From a virus (taxonomy: Duplodnaviria > Caudoviricetes): 50,029 nt of DNA. Positions 33,032 to 42,873 of the stretch are shown here, piece after piece (within the stretch, counting starts at the first letter, position 1; each line of letters begins with the position of its first letter). Below the pieces are notes generated by a model. It saw only the letters and a program-made list of their open reading frames with translations. It searched no databases and was not told the DNA's origin. Both the position numbers and the translations under genes were made by a program. Where the stretch lies: IMG/VR virus record IMGVR_UViG_3300033067_001279, positions 1 through 50,029 of that record; one strand, written 5' to 3'.

Positions 33032-35445
33032 TACTGCACTCCTGCGGGGGTCTTGGGGAGCCATTTCTCAGCCTCGCCGGTGCCAAATCGCTGGTCGAAG
33101 GCATCGGCCAGGGAGGGATTGGCGATGAGAGCGCGGACGGAAGCCTCGTCAACGAACGGCCAGCCACCCGGCGGCGGGCGGAGTTTCATCGGCACGGACA
33201 TGGTTCCGCTCCGGATCGGCGGAACGCGGGCAGGCTGGGCCGGGCGCTGGGGCTGGGCAGGCGCGGCGGGGGCGGCCGCGGGGGTAGTAGCGGCCGGGGG
33301 CAACTCGCCGTTCATGGCCTTCTCTGCGGTGCTGGCCTCGACGGCGTGCTCGAGGCCCTGGGTTTCGGCCACGGTCGGCGTGATGCCCTGGGCGGTCTTG
33401 CGGATAATGCCGGCGGTGATGTCTCCAACCTGCTTATCCCGGACCGATTCCGAAATGGCGAAGGCGAGCACCTGTTGCGCATAGGGCCCATAGATCTCGT
33501 CGACGTGGTTGATGGTGTCGCGCACCGCCGTCTCGGTGGCCTGGCGAATGGCCTTGCGGGCGGCCTGGCGCTCCTCGGGGGTCTTGGCCTTCGACATCGC
33601 CATGACCAGGCGGGCATCCGATTCGTCGATGATCTTCTCCACCGGCTTGATGATCTCGCGGGCATCGGTGCGGGTGATCGGCTGCTGGATGCCGTCCGGG
33701 ATCCCCACTTCGGCCTGGGCGGCGAGGCGCGCCTTGATCAAGGCCTGGATGCTGTCCGGCTTGGTCGGGTCATAGGTTTCCTTGGCCTTCTTGACGATGG
33801 GCGAGTCCTCGACCGACTTGGCCGGATCCTTGAGGCGGAGATCCTGGAGCTGGTTGGCGCGCTTTTCGGCCGCGTCATAGATCTCTTGTTGGCTCGAGAA
33901 GTCCGTCGCGCCGGCCGCCGGCTTGAGGGTCTTGAGGTGCTCCTCGATCTGGTCGTTGTTCATCGTCTCCATGGCGGTCACCGCGCCATAGGTGGCCACC
34001 GCGGTCTTGCGCTTCTCGAGCCACTTGGCCGCGTCATCCTCGCCCAGAGTGTTGATGATCGTCTGGGGATCCAGCTTGGTGCCCTGGCCGGTCGCCTTGA
34101 TCTGGGCAATGTCGTCGTCCATGGCGGATTTGACGTTGTAGCGATCGAGCGCTGTGGTTTCGCGCTGCTGTTTCTGGCGCTGGGCGATCTCGCTATCCGC
34201 GTTTGTCTGGAGGGCGAGTCGATCGGTGCCGTCGAGCACCTTGTAATAATCCGGCTGGTTGAGGCTGGCGATCTGGTCGCCGCCGCCAGCGATGATGTCG
34301 GCCTCCTCGTTGCGCCGGCGGGCGTTGATCCCGCCGTTGTCCTTCGAGAGGCCGCGCACCGCTTCCGAGATCTGCGCGATGTCGCCGCTCTTGATGGCAT
34401 TCACCACGCGGCCAGGCAGAGAGCCGTAGTTGTAAGCTACCGAAGTCAGGGCCGCCTTGGCAGCCGGCGGCAGCGAGGCCCAGGGGCCAGGGCCAACGTC
34501 CTGGACAATGCCGGACTGAAATTCACCAATGCGGCGCTGGAGGTCGCGCTCGGCATCGGCGCGCGTCACGGTCATGCCGGGCTTGACCGGGATCACCTGT
34601 CCATCCGCGGTGGTGATGGTGTCGGATCCGAAGCCAACCCGATATTTGTCCTTGTCGAAATAGGCGGTGGTGCGAAAGCCCTCTTGCTTGCGGATCAGGC
34701 CCTCGACGCCGCCCTGTCCACCCTCGAGCCAGGCGGCCGCGGCATTGGGGTCGTTCTGGATGTCCTGATCAATTCTCAGCTTGGCGTATTTCTGGGCCAG
34801 GCCGCGGCGCAGCTCGACGCCCTTGGCCGGGTCAATGACGCCGGTGGCAACCATGTTGTCGATGTTCGCCCGCGCCTGGCCCAGGATCTTGTCGGCGGTC
34901 TTCGGGTCCGTGCCAGGGGCGGCGGCCGCGCTGATCGAGTCGTCGAGGCCATTGATTGCGGTGGTGACGCGGAGATCCTTGTCGATGCCCTGGGCGCGGT
35001 TCTGGATGGTGAGGGCGCCCTGGGTTACATCGTCCTGGGTTTCAGCCTCGAAGCGGGCCCGGAGCGACGGCGAGCGGATCAGCGATGCGGAGGCCTGGCG
35101 GTGCTTCTCGATGTTGCCCTGGAAGGTCTTCCCCCAGTTGGCATAATCGGGGTTGTTCTCGAGCTGGTACTGGTTTTCCTCGGTGAGCCGGCGCTTGTTC
35201 CAATCGGTGCGGGCGCGGGTGAGGTCGAGGGCATCCCCCTGTTCCTTCTGGCGGATGTCGATCTGCCGCTGGTTGTCGATGTTCGCCTGGTTTTCCTGGG
35301 TGATCGTCTCGCCCATCCTGGCCACCGCACCGCCCAGGGCACGGCTGGCCTCGCCCACCATGTCCTGCTGCTGGCGCGGGATGGCCTGGGATTGCGGGAG
35401 GTTCATGCCGAGGCTGTCGGCGGTGGGCATCCTCGGCATGATCAA
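33031..35445 (-). CDS. Internal virion/ejection protein with a GH24 lysozyme domain
   Basis: LIRKQEGFRTTAYFD...VGFGS...VTRADAERDL...ALTSVAYNYG...NARRRNEEA within a helical protein. Confidence 0.85.
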   Translation of the reverse strand: MIMPRMPTADSLGMNLPQSQAIPRQQQDMVGEASRALGGAVARMGETITQENQANIDNQRQIDIRQKEQGDALDLTRARTDWNKRRLTEENQYQLENNPDYANWGKTFQGNIEKHRQASASLIRSPSLRARFEAETQDDVTQGALTIQNRAQGIDKDLRVTTAINGLDDSISAAAAPGTDPKTADKILGQARANIDNMVATGVIDPAKGVELRRGLAQKYAKLRIDQDIQNDPNAAAAWLEGGQGGVEGLIRKQEGFRTTAYFDKDKYRVGFGSDTITTADGQVIPVKPGMTVTRADAERDLQRRIGEFQSGIVQDVGPGPWASLPPAAKAALTSVAYNYGSLPGRVVNAIKSGDIAQISEAVRGLSKDNGGINARRRNEEADIIAGGGDQIASLNQPDYYKVLDGTDRLALQTNADSEIAQRQKQQRETTALDRYNVKSAMDDDIAQIKATGQGTKLDPQTIINTLGEDDAAKWLEKRKTAVATYGAVTAMETMNNDQIEEHLKTLKPAAGATDFSSQQEIYDAAEKRANQLQDLRLKDPAKSVEDSPIVKKAKETYDPTKPDSIQALIKARLAAQAEVGIPDGIQQPITRTDAREIIKPVEKIIDESDARLVMAMSKAKTPEERQAARKAIRQATETAVRDTINHVDEIYGPYAQQVLAFAISESVRDKQVGDITAGIIRKTAQGITPTVAETQGLEHAVEASTAEKAMNGELPPAATTPAAAPAAPAQPQRPAQPARVPPIRSGTMSVPMKLRPPPGGWPFVDEASVRALIANPSLADAFDQRFGTGEAEKWLPKTPAGVQ

Positions 35446-35990
35446 GCTCCCATGGTGTAGTCGTAGGCGTTCTTGGCGCGCGCCGCTTTCGAGAAGTCGG
35501 AATAGATCGAGCCGCCGGTGCTGAGCAGCGTCGTGCCGGCGCCGATATAGCCGGCAAGCCTGGCGTTCTGGCCGGCGATCTTGGTCTGGCCGGCCTCGGC
35601 GTAGAGATCATGACGGGCCTGGGTGCCGTTGTAGAGATCTGTCAGGGCGTTGTATTCGCCTCGGCGCTCGATCCCGGACATGATGTCGGTCACCGTGTCG
35701 CCGGTGCCGCCGCCGGAAGCCGCCGCCACCGCCATGGTGCGGCCCAGGGCAGCGCGCTTCTGCTGGCGGTCCTCGATGGCCTTGCGCTGGGCGATGGCAA
35801 GTTCCTGGTCGCCCTTGGTCTTCATCGCCTTGGCCTGGGCGTCGGCATAATTAGCCTGTTGGATGCCGCCGATCACCTGGCCGCCGGCCGAGGCCAATCC
35901 TCCCGCCACCGTCAGGGCCGTGCCGATCGTCCCGGCGTTCGCTGCCATGAAGGCGCCGATTCCGCCGATCGCTGCTAGGATGGGTGCCAT
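35442..35990 (-). CDS. Small internal virion/ejection protein (T7 gp14-like position)
   Basis: G/A-rich hydrophobic ends flanking a Q/A-rich helix. Confidence 0.75.
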   Translation of the reverse strand: MAPILAAIGGIGAFMAANAGTIGTALTVAGGLASAGGQVIGGIQQANYADAQAKAMKTKGDQELAIAQRKAIEDRQQKRAALGRTMAVAAASGGGTGDTVTDIMSGIERRGEYNALTDLYNGTQARHDLYAEAGQTKIAGQNARLAGYIGAGTTLLSTGGSIYSDFSKAARAKNAYDYTMGA

Positions 35991-36348
35991 AGCTATAGAC
36001 CCTTTCGCCGCCGATGAGTTCATTCGTGGGGGAAAAGCCCAGCCGCTCCAGCCACCGCCCCGCCCCGTTTTCGTGTGTCGACTCTATCGCATACAACTCA
36101 CCCAATTGCGAGACGCCCACCTCCACCAACCTCTGGGCGGTCCGGTGCATGAACACCGGAAATCGCCTCAGCGTCTCGGTGATCTCGAGGCTCAGGAACG
36201 GCCGGCCGTTCACCCCGATGACGATCGCCGCGGCGCCGATCTCCTGGCCCTCGAGCTCGGCCACCACGCCGGCGAAGCGCGGCACGATGTAGCGCGAGAA
36301 TTTCACCATGTCGCGGGCCCGCATGAGGCGGAGCTTAGGCGCGCTCAT
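35851..36348 (-). CDS. GNAT-like virion assembly protein (T7 gp13-like position)
   Basis: AGRWLERLGF motif; follows tail tubular B; C-terminus reads ~46 codons into the next gene. Confidence 0.65.
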   Translation of the reverse strand: MSAPKLRLMRARDMVKFSRYIVPRFAGVVAELEGQEIGAAAIVIGVNGRPFLSLEITETLRRFPVFMHRTAQRLVEVGVSQLGELYAIESTHENGAGRWLERLGFSPTNELIGGERVYSYGTHPSSDRRNRRLHGSERRDDRHGPDGGGRIGLGRRPGDRRHPTG

Positions 36349-39037
36349 GGCTCTCCATTTCGAGCACCACGCCCAGCACCGTGGCCGGCAGCGGGGCGCG
36401 GAATTTCATGCAGAGGCGAGAGTCCGTCGACCAGGTGCCGGGCAGCGTGAAGCCGTCCGAGTCGTAGTCATCGAGGAGGGTGTTGAGGCCCTGGTCAACG
36501 CCCCGGTAGATTCGCGGCAGCGGATCCATACGGGTGAAGTTGTCACCGAACAGCACCGCGCGGTTGTGCGCCTTGTAGAGGAGCGGTGCCACCCGGTTGA
36601 TGATCTTGCGTTGGGTGACGGCCGTCCCGGTCTGGGCAGCATAGGCCAGCTTGGTGGACTTGAACCGGCCCTCGTAAGGCAGGCCGACAATGACCGTGCC
36701 GGTGTAGGAGGCCGGGAGGGTGATCTGGCCGCTGGCGACGGTAAAGAGCTGCGGCTCGCCGTTGGCATCGAGGAGCGGGCTGGAGCCCTGCCACACCACC
36801 ACGCCCTTGGCCTCGAGGTGCGAGAGGCCGGTGACCGTGGCCGAGGCGGCGAGCGTCACGATCTTGTAGGCGTCCGCCATGTAGTTGGCGGCGCCGCCCA
36901 TGGCGTTCTGCTCATAGGCCAGGAGCTCGCGGTATCGCTTTGAGACGCCGTTGATGGTGCGCGCCACGACGAAATAGATATCGTCGCCGGAGGTGTTGGG
37001 CAGCACGCACACATCCTCGATCGTGCCATCCGTGTCAAAGGTCGACCAGGACAGGACATCCTCGCTCGGCTCATAGGTCAGCGCCGCGGCGGTGCCATCG
37101 TTGAGCACGAACCAGATGCGGGTATCGGGCTGGCGCTGGACTGCCATCACCTTGACGCCGGCGGCCAGGATCGAGGGGTTGTAGCGGGTGGCCTCGGTCG
37201 ATGTGTAGTCCTGCGCCTCCACCGTGAAATTCAGGAGATAGGCGGCCGTGCCGGCGCGATTGATGAAAATTCCTCCTCGGTCGACTTTAACGGCCTGGAC
37301 ATCTGAGGAGCCAATATTCGAGGCGTCTTTGATCGAGAAGTTGGTCGGCGTCATGGGCTCGTCAAAGCTCGAGCTCCTGGCCGAGCTCTCGGCCCCCGAG
37401 GTGCCAGCGATGAGCCGCGCCAGGCCGACCAACCATTGCACCTTGTTGACCGGGCCGGCGGCGACGGAGCGCACGATCGGGCTCGAGTCGACCGGATCCT
37501 CCTCGTAGAAGGTCACGAAATCATCCGAGGCGGAGCCGGCCAGCTTGTCGGCCGAGCCGAACCACAGCCGGCCCTCGAAGATCTCGACGGCGGAGGGCCA
37601 GCCCTGATGATCCGACCAAAGGCCTTCGCGCCAGTTGTTGGAGGAGGCCGAGGAGTGGAGGCGCTGGATAACCTCGATCGAGACGGAGGTGGAACTGGTG
37701 TAGCCGGTGACCCGGACAATGCCGGTGCCGCCGCCGCCGGTATAGCTGATCGTGACGCTGGCCGTTCCGCTGGTGTAGTCGCCAGGCAGGAAGCCCACCC
37801 GGAAATAAGTGATCTGGCCGGTCGCGCCAGGCTGGCGGTTCCAACTGTTGTTTGAGCTTGTGGTTTCACTCTGCTGCCATGGGCCATCCGGACTGGCGGC
37901 GGTGAGGAATGACAGGGTGCCGGACCATGTGCCGGAGGTGGTGATCGTGATCTTGCGATCGTTCAAAGGATTAAGGGCGCCGTCCTGGATCAGCCCCGTC
38001 ACCCGGACCCAATCGGTGTACTGATCGGCGGCGGCCAGTTTCGCGTTGACCGTGGTCTGGTTGTGCGAGAGCTCGAACAGGGCGCCCACCATGTCCGAGG
38101 TAAAGAACGCGGCGGAGGAGGTCATCGTGCCGTTGCCGGTGCGCACGGTCGGGTCGAAGGTGACGTTGGCCGTCTTGCCGATCCAGGGGCCATTCTCGGA
38201 AATGTGCTTGGTGACCGACCAGGAGCGGATGGCGCGGCGCTCGATGCGGCGCGGCTGGTATCCCTGGTGGGAGACGAAGATCACGTCACCGGACTGGGTG
38301 AAGCGGACGTTGAACAGATCCGCGGTGAGCCAGGGAGTCGGCAGGGTGAGCGAGCCGGCCGCCTCGATCGACACGTCATCGACGACGACCTGGGTTTCGT
38401 CTCGGGTATTGAACTCGAGGTAGACCGTGCCGACGCCCGGCGTAAAGGCCAGGGAGTGCACGCCCGGGAGCAGCTCCGTCTCGGCAAGGATGTCCTGGCC
38501 GCCCGAAGCACTCCCCAGCTTGAAGCGCGGGGCGCCACGAATCACCGTGATGCGGACGCCATGCTCCTTGGCCTGGTCGCCGCCGGCCACCGTGAACGTG
38601 CGGGTTGCCGAGGCGGTGAGGCCGCGGTTTACAACCTGCATCACCAGGGCGTTGGCGACCGTGGTGTTGATGTCGGCCGAGGCCAGGGTCCAGCCGGTCG
38701 AGGCCGAGAAGTTGCCGTTGGTGATCGAGGTCGCTACCGAGACGCGGGTGATCGGTGAGCCGCCGACGATCGGCCGGAGCTGGGCATTGGACAGCTCGAG
38801 GAGGGCGGTGTCAGAGGCCGAGAAGACGAACGGCAAGTGACGCGCGACGGCATCGCTCTGCGTCGAGCCCTGGTAGCCGAGGCCGGGGCGAAACTGGAGC
38901 GGCCCGATCACCCGGGGAAAGCAGTTGTGGAACTGCTCGGAGGTGATTCGCATGCGGGCGAGATCGGTGCGGCCGAGGGCGAGGGGCGAGACGGCGCCCC
39001 CGTTGAGCGAGAATAGATGCGGACGCTCGCGGGTCAT
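36335..39037 (-). CDS. Tail tubular protein B (nozzle)
   Basis: SLNGGAVSP...GPLQFRPG; FTQSGDVIFV; WPSAVEIFEGRLWF; VIVGLPY; 900 aa; position. Confidence 0.88.
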   Translation of the reverse strand: MTRERPHLFSLNGGAVSPLALGRTDLARMRITSEQFHNCFPRVIGPLQFRPGLGYQGSTQSDAVARHLPFVFSASDTALLELSNAQLRPIVGGSPITRVSVATSITNGNFSASTGWTLASADINTTVANALVMQVVNRGLTASATRTFTVAGGDQAKEHGVRITVIRGAPRFKLGSASGGQDILAETELLPGVHSLAFTPGVGTVYLEFNTRDETQVVVDDVSIEAAGSLTLPTPWLTADLFNVRFTQSGDVIFVSHQGYQPRRIERRAIRSWSVTKHISENGPWIGKTANVTFDPTVRTGNGTMTSSAAFFTSDMVGALFELSHNQTTVNAKLAAADQYTDWVRVTGLIQDGALNPLNDRKITITTSGTWSGTLSFLTAASPDGPWQQSETTSSNNSWNRQPGATGQITYFRVGFLPGDYTSGTASVTISYTGGGGTGIVRVTGYTSSTSVSIEVIQRLHSSASSNNWREGLWSDHQGWPSAVEIFEGRLWFGSADKLAGSASDDFVTFYEEDPVDSSPIVRSVAAGPVNKVQWLVGLARLIAGTSGAESSARSSSFDEPMTPTNFSIKDASNIGSSDVQAVKVDRGGIFINRAGTAAYLLNFTVEAQDYTSTEATRYNPSILAAGVKVMAVQRQPDTRIWFVLNDGTAAALTYEPSEDVLSWSTFDTDGTIEDVCVLPNTSGDDIYFVVARTINGVSKRYRELLAYEQNAMGGAANYMADAYKIVTLAASATVTGLSHLEAKGVVVWQGSSPLLDANGEPQLFTVASGQITLPASYTGTVIVGLPYEGRFKSTKLAYAAQTGTAVTQRKIINRVAPLLYKAHNRAVLFGDNFTRMDPLPRIYRGVDQGLNTLLDDYDSDGFTLPGTWSTDSRLCMKFRAPLPATVLGVVLEMESHERA

Positions 39038-39663
39038 CAGGCGTACCGATAATAGTGCGAGCTGCGACGGAAGCGGTTACCGTTCCAGCGGCCAGCGGGC
39101 GGCCTTCGGGTGGGCTCACGCATGGCCTCAAAGACCAGGGCCTCCTTGAGGCTGCGATCGGCCTGGTTGATGAGTCCGCCCAGGGCGGACTCCGAGGCGC
39201 CGGTCACCTTAGGGGCGATCGAGGCGGACAGGCGGCGCGAGAAGGCTTCGACAAAGCGCGCCGTCCAGCGCGTCATATCGAGGCCGAATCCGGTCGCTGA
39301 GTTGGAGACATAGCGGACAAAGATCGGGGTTGTGTCGGACAGGAAGACGTTGCCCTCCTCGAGCCAGTTGTCGAGCGGCGGATCCAGGTATTCCGAGGCC
39401 GAGACGAGATAGGTGCGGACCCAATCGGCCGGCTTGTTGAAGACGTAGGACGCCCCGAAGGCGCCGGCGTGCGCCGGGTCGTAGTCGATTTGGACCGTGC
39501 GCATGGCGAACTTCCAAAATCCCGCCTCGAGCATGAATGCGAGATCCTGGTCGTAGAAGGTATCGAGCTGATAGCGCGCCTCGCGCGCCTCGGTGATGAC
39601 GGCGAGCTGAGGCTCGCGGATGTGTGCGAGGGCCAGGTTGTAGAGCTGGAGTTTCGTCACCAT
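39037..39663 (-). CDS. Tail tubular protein A (adaptor)
   Basis: LQLYNLALAHI...WKFAMR...KPADWVR...FVRYVS...FVEAFSRRL. Confidence 0.85.
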   Translation of the reverse strand: MVTKLQLYNLALAHIREPQLAVITEAREARYQLDTFYDQDLAFMLEAGFWKFAMRTVQIDYDPAHAGAFGASYVFNKPADWVRTYLVSASEYLDPPLDNWLEEGNVFLSDTTPIFVRYVSNSATGFGLDMTRWTARFVEAFSRRLSASIAPKVTGASESALGGLINQADRSLKEALVFEAMREPTRRPPAGRWNGNRFRRSSHYYRYA

Positions 39664-39681
39664 GGCCTGGCCCTCCGGGGG

Positions 39682-40158
39682 TTAGTTAGACATTTCTTCG
39701 AGGTAGAGATCGAGGCGCTTCTCAGCGTCGGACTTCTGCGGCAGATCCTTGGCAATGACCTTGCCGGAGGCCTTCTCGATGAGCCGCCAGCCGCGGGCGT
39801 TGGGCTCGATCTTGTAGCCGTCGCGCTTCGGGGACTGGTCGACCTCGGCGCGCTCGGCCTCGGCCCGCTGGTTGAACACGAACCACACGCACTTGGCCCA
39901 GGTGTCGGAAGCCTGGATCACCAGGAGCTCGCCATCGAATGAGCCATCCTCGGCCCGCACCCGCACGAAGGAGTTGGGGCGGAGCTTGCGCGCCCAGTGC
40001 ATCCAGTATTCAGGCTGGAGCAGATCGTCTGGCGCATGACCCACCGGGATCATGGCGAAATAGCTGTTGGAAACGTATTGCGCCAGGCTGAGAGCGGTCG
40101 GCGGCAAAGCGTTTTTCCGGGGGTTGGTCGGTCGGATTTCGACGGCGGCGGCCTGCAT
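39682..40158 (-). CDS. Hypothetical protein in the head-tail region
   Basis: AAGGAG RBS; coding-like composition. Confidence 0.7.
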   Translation of the reverse strand: MQAAAVEIRPTNPRKNALPPTALSLAQYVSNSYFAMIPVGHAPDDLLQPEYWMHWARKLRPNSFVRVRAEDGSFDGELLVIQASDTWAKCVWFVFNQRAEAERAEVDQSPKRDGYKIEPNARGWRLIEKASGKVIAKDLPQKSDAEKRLDLYLEEMSN

Positions 40159-40228
40159 GATTTTCTCCTTGTGAGTAGGGCGGGAGATTGCTCCCCCGCC
40201 CCTGCTCTAGCACAACCGGAGAAAAAAG

Positions 40229-40489
40229 TTATGCCAGGATGGCAGCCGAGACGGTTGCACCCGCCGTGGAGAGCGCGGTGCAGACATGCAGGGTCGCGCC
40301 AACCGTGGCGGTGGTCTTGACGTAGATCACCACGTCATTGACGCGCATGCCCTTGGCGACACCATCGGACACAAAATCCGTGACGCCGCCAACCGAGGTG
40401 TGAATATCGGTGCCATAGCCGAGCCAGATCGACGGCGCGCCGGCGGGGCCGGGGCTGATGACATTCCACTGTCCAGAAACGTAGGCCAT
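40229..40489 (-). CDS. Probable capsid decoration protein
   Basis: Small beta-rich protein right after the capsid gene; AGGAG RBS. Confidence 0.6.
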   Translation of the reverse strand: MAYVSGQWNVISPGPAGAPSIWLGYGTDIHTSVGGVTDFVSDGVAKGMRVNDVVIYVKTTATVGATLHVCTALSTAGATVSAAILA

Positions 40490-40555
40490 TTGGGTTGCTC
40501 CTATCGAGCGTTGAAGGGGTGGAGGAGAGAGGCGAGGTTACCCCCGCCCGCTCAG

Positions 40556-41419
40556 TTAGGAGGCGACGAAGGCCGAGCCGTTGTGCATCATGCGCACAAT
40601 GCCGTTGTTCTGGAGCATCTTGGCGCCATGGAACAGCGAGCACCGGGCCCAGCTCATCTGCTGCTTTTCATCGTAGCCGATGGCCGAGTCCACGCCCTTG
40701 GTGTCGACGGCGTAGCCGATGGCCGCGCGGTGGAACATGAGGCAGGTTTCCGAGGCGGTGCCGACGCCGGCCACCTGGTTGGAAACGATCCACTTTACGC
40801 CCATCCAGTCGTACCAACCCTGACCGGATTTCTTGTTGTCATAGGCGGTCCAGCCCGGGAACTGCACACCCGGCTTGACGTTCACCCAGTCGGCCGAGCT
40901 GAACTCCTTGACCGCCATCAGGTACATGAGGAAGGCGGGGGAGATCACGGCAAACACGTTGCCATCCCAGGGGCAACCGTTGACCTGGAGCGAGGCAATG
41001 GCGATCGACACCAGGGAGAGCGAAGCCGTCACGGCGCCGCCGGTGTCGAGCGTGGTCTGGCCGAGCTCGGTCAGGATCACGTTGTCGATATCGCGATTGA
41101 TCACCGACATGGTGTTCATCTGCATGATCGCGCGCTGGTCGCCCTGGCTCTGGAAGATGTTGAAGCCAGTCATTTCGCGGAGGTCGTGCTTTTCCACCAG
41201 GGTGGCGGTGGTCTGCGTGTTCGAGTTGTCGTTGGTCGGGATCAGACCGTTGACGCCGCGGGTCACCGCGGTGCCGGCGCTCGAGGCGACCAGGAATGTG
41301 GCCTGGTTGCCCTTGAGGACGGCCTCACGGGTGGCGACATCGGCAAGGAGTGACTGACGCTGACCGAAAGCGGCAACGAACTCGTCACGATATTGAATCT
41401 GCGGGGCTGCGCCGGGCAT
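40556..41419 (-). CDS. Major capsid protein
   Basis: QYRDEFVAAFGQRQSLL...INRDIDNVIL...WMGVKWIV...FHRAAIG...GAKMLQNNGIV; CAGGAG RBS; downstream of portal and scaffold. Confidence 0.88.
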   Translation of the reverse strand: MPGAAPQIQYRDEFVAAFGQRQSLLADVATREAVLKGNQATFLVASSAGTAVTRGVNGLIPTNDNSNTQTTATLVEKHDLREMTGFNIFQSQGDQRAIMQMNTMSVINRDIDNVILTELGQTTLDTGGAVTASLSLVSIAIASLQVNGCPWDGNVFAVISPAFLMYLMAVKEFSSADWVNVKPGVQFPGWTAYDNKKSGQGWYDWMGVKWIVSNQVAGVGTASETCLMFHRAAIGYAVDTKGVDSAIGYDEKQQMSWARCSLFHGAKMLQNNGIVRMMHNGSAFVAS

Positions 41420-41464
41420 GGGAATGCTCCTGAAATGGGGTTCCGTTGAGATCGCCGTGATCTG

Positions 41465-41575
41465 CGGGTGGCCATTCCGGGGGCCTCGGGGTGGCCTTGC
41501 GGGGCCGAGGCTTGCCCTTCTTGGGGCGCGACGTGGGCTAGACGTTGACCGGGGCCGCTAGGCGGGGTGGCCGGT
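41465..41575 (-). promoter_or_regulatory. Structured capsid mRNA leader with repeated GGCCCC/GGCCACCC internal-loop hairpins
   Basis: mRNA sense: ACCGG-CCACC-CCGC-CTA-GCGG-CC-CCGGT; CCTCGG-CC-CC-GCAA-GG-CCACC-CCGAGG; GGCCCCCGGAATGGCCACCC. Confidence 0.55.
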
Positions 41576-41587
41576 TGCACGCGCAAA

Positions 41588-41616
41588 CATATACCCCAGC
41601 GCGCAATCGCTCGCAA
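41588..41616 (-). promoter_or_regulatory. Putative sigma70-like promoter for the capsid gene
   Basis: TTGCGA-N17-TATATG on the - strand, ~170 nt upstream of the capsid ATG. Confidence 0.5.
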
Positions 41617-41655
41617 TACGCGCGGGTTTTCAGTGAATGAGGCGGGGTTTTCCGG

Positions 41656-42150
41656 TTACATATCCCGGCTGATGCCGAGGCGGAGGAAGAAATCCGAGGT
41701 CGAGCCTGGCGTGAAGGCGCCGCGGATGACGCAGGCCCCATAGAGGCTGTTGACCTGGTACGTCAGGCCCTCGAGGACAAGGTTCAGGTTGTTGAGGGTG
41801 GCGACCACCGGCGTGCCAAGGGCCTTGCGGTTGGCGGCGGCGAAGGTCAGCACGCCGAGCACCTTGGGGAGATCCGCGGTGGCGATGCTGAAAGCGGCGT
41901 TTTCGGTGAAGGTGGTGCCGGACGGATCCGATGAGAACAGCACCAGGTCGACATCCTGGTTAAGGGCGGTCTTGCAGGACAGGACGGCGGAGGCCAGGAT
42001 GGCGCCCACCTGGTAACGCTCGAAGGCGGCGTTGATCAGCGAGATCTTGCCGCCGATCAGGTTGCCGGAGGCGTAGAGCGCGGCCTGGCATGTAAGCTGG
42101 ATGTCGGTCATCTTGTTGAGGCCGCCGACATTGCCAATCGCGTTCTGCAT
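41656..42150 (-). CDS. Beta-rich hypothetical protein (possibly structural)
   Basis: AGGAGG RBS; strong codon bias. Confidence 0.7.
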   Translation of the reverse strand: MQNAIGNVGGLNKMTDIQLTCQAALYASGNLIGGKISLINAAFERYQVGAILASAVLSCKTALNQDVDLVLFSSDPSGTTFTENAAFSIATADLPKVLGVLTFAAANRKALGTPVVATLNNLNLVLEGLTYQVNSLYGACVIRGAFTPGSTSDFFLRLGISRDM

Positions 42151-42198
42151 GATCTGCCCTCCTGGCTGCGCTCAAGCCATTACCACGCCCGCCGGTTG

Positions 42199-42825
42199 TC
42201 AGCAATCGCGGTCCTTGGTGTGTGCCGTCTCCTGCGGGTTGCGCCGGCCGTTCTCGGCGTGCCAGGTGACGGGCGCCATGACGCGATAATCGAGCGGGTG
42301 GCCAGGGCGGACGAACGAATCATCCCTCCACAGGATCCGGTTGTTGGGCATCGCGGCGATCTGCCCGGAGCCGTCCTCGAGCAAGAGGAGGTGGTAGCAT
42401 TTATGCTCGGGCGGATACTGCGAAAAGCCATTGTCGCTATGGTCGAGGGTGAACCAATAGCTTGCCGGGAGGGTGCGGCCGTCCGTGGTGCGATAGGTGC
42501 ATGCCATTTCCCGGAGATATTCATACTGCACCACCGAGAAATCCCAGCCGTGGCAATCCCAGCACTGGAGATCCGGGAGATCATGGCGGGGCGCGCCAGG
42601 CGCCGGCATCTGGTGCATGAGCATGTGGATCGGGATCCGCGCCCACTGGGCCCCTGATTCGCAGAGGATCGAGAAATGCAGACACCTCGAGGGGATCGAG
42701 GTCACGCCGATGATCACGCACGGCTCGCTCGGGCCGATCGCCTCGGGCTCGAGGCCGCGGAGGATCTCGCCGCGCACGCGGCCGTAAAGGTGCTGGGGAA
42801 CGCTGCCGTTGAGCGTGTCGTGCAT
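42199..42825 (-). CDS. Phage protein of unknown function (Cys/His/Trp-rich)
   Basis: AGGAG RBS before ATG 42825; GAQWARIPIH...LQCWDC...YWFTLD...EHKC-H...PNNRILW. Confidence 0.75.
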   Translation of the reverse strand: MHDTLNGSVPQHLYGRVRGEILRGLEPEAIGPSEPCVIIGVTSIPSRCLHFSILCESGAQWARIPIHMLMHQMPAPGAPRHDLPDLQCWDCHGWDFSVVQYEYLREMACTYRTTDGRTLPASYWFTLDHSDNGFSQYPPEHKCYHLLLLEDGSGQIAAMPNNRILWRDDSFVRPGHPLDYRVMAPVTWHAENGRRNPQETAHTKDRDC

Positions 42826-42844
42826 TGGGTTTCTCCTGGAATGC

Positions 42845-42869
42845 AAAAGGCCGGGGTTTCCCCCGGCCC
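42845..42869 (-). terminator. Intrinsic terminator-like hairpin after the scaffold gene
   Basis: GGCCGGGG-GAAA-CCCCGGCC-TTTT on the - strand. Confidence 0.65.
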
Positions 42870-42873
42870 TGGA

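Noticed and set aside
21396-35460. Long + strand ORFs (21396..23309, 28100..30106, 30980..33013, 33346..35460)
   Set aside because: They are antisense shadows of strongly biased GC-rich genes, with no motifs and no convincing RBS.
35851-35990. Functional C-terminal extension or programmed frameshift in the GNAT-like gene
   Set aside because: The tail is R/G/D-rich off-frame sequence over the next gene; a lost stop is the simpler explanation and I saw no slippery site.
40160-40555. Terminators after the capsid and decoration genes
   Set aside because: GC hairpins are present but lack following U-tracts and sit just before RBSs; they are more likely stability or processing stems, so they were not called.
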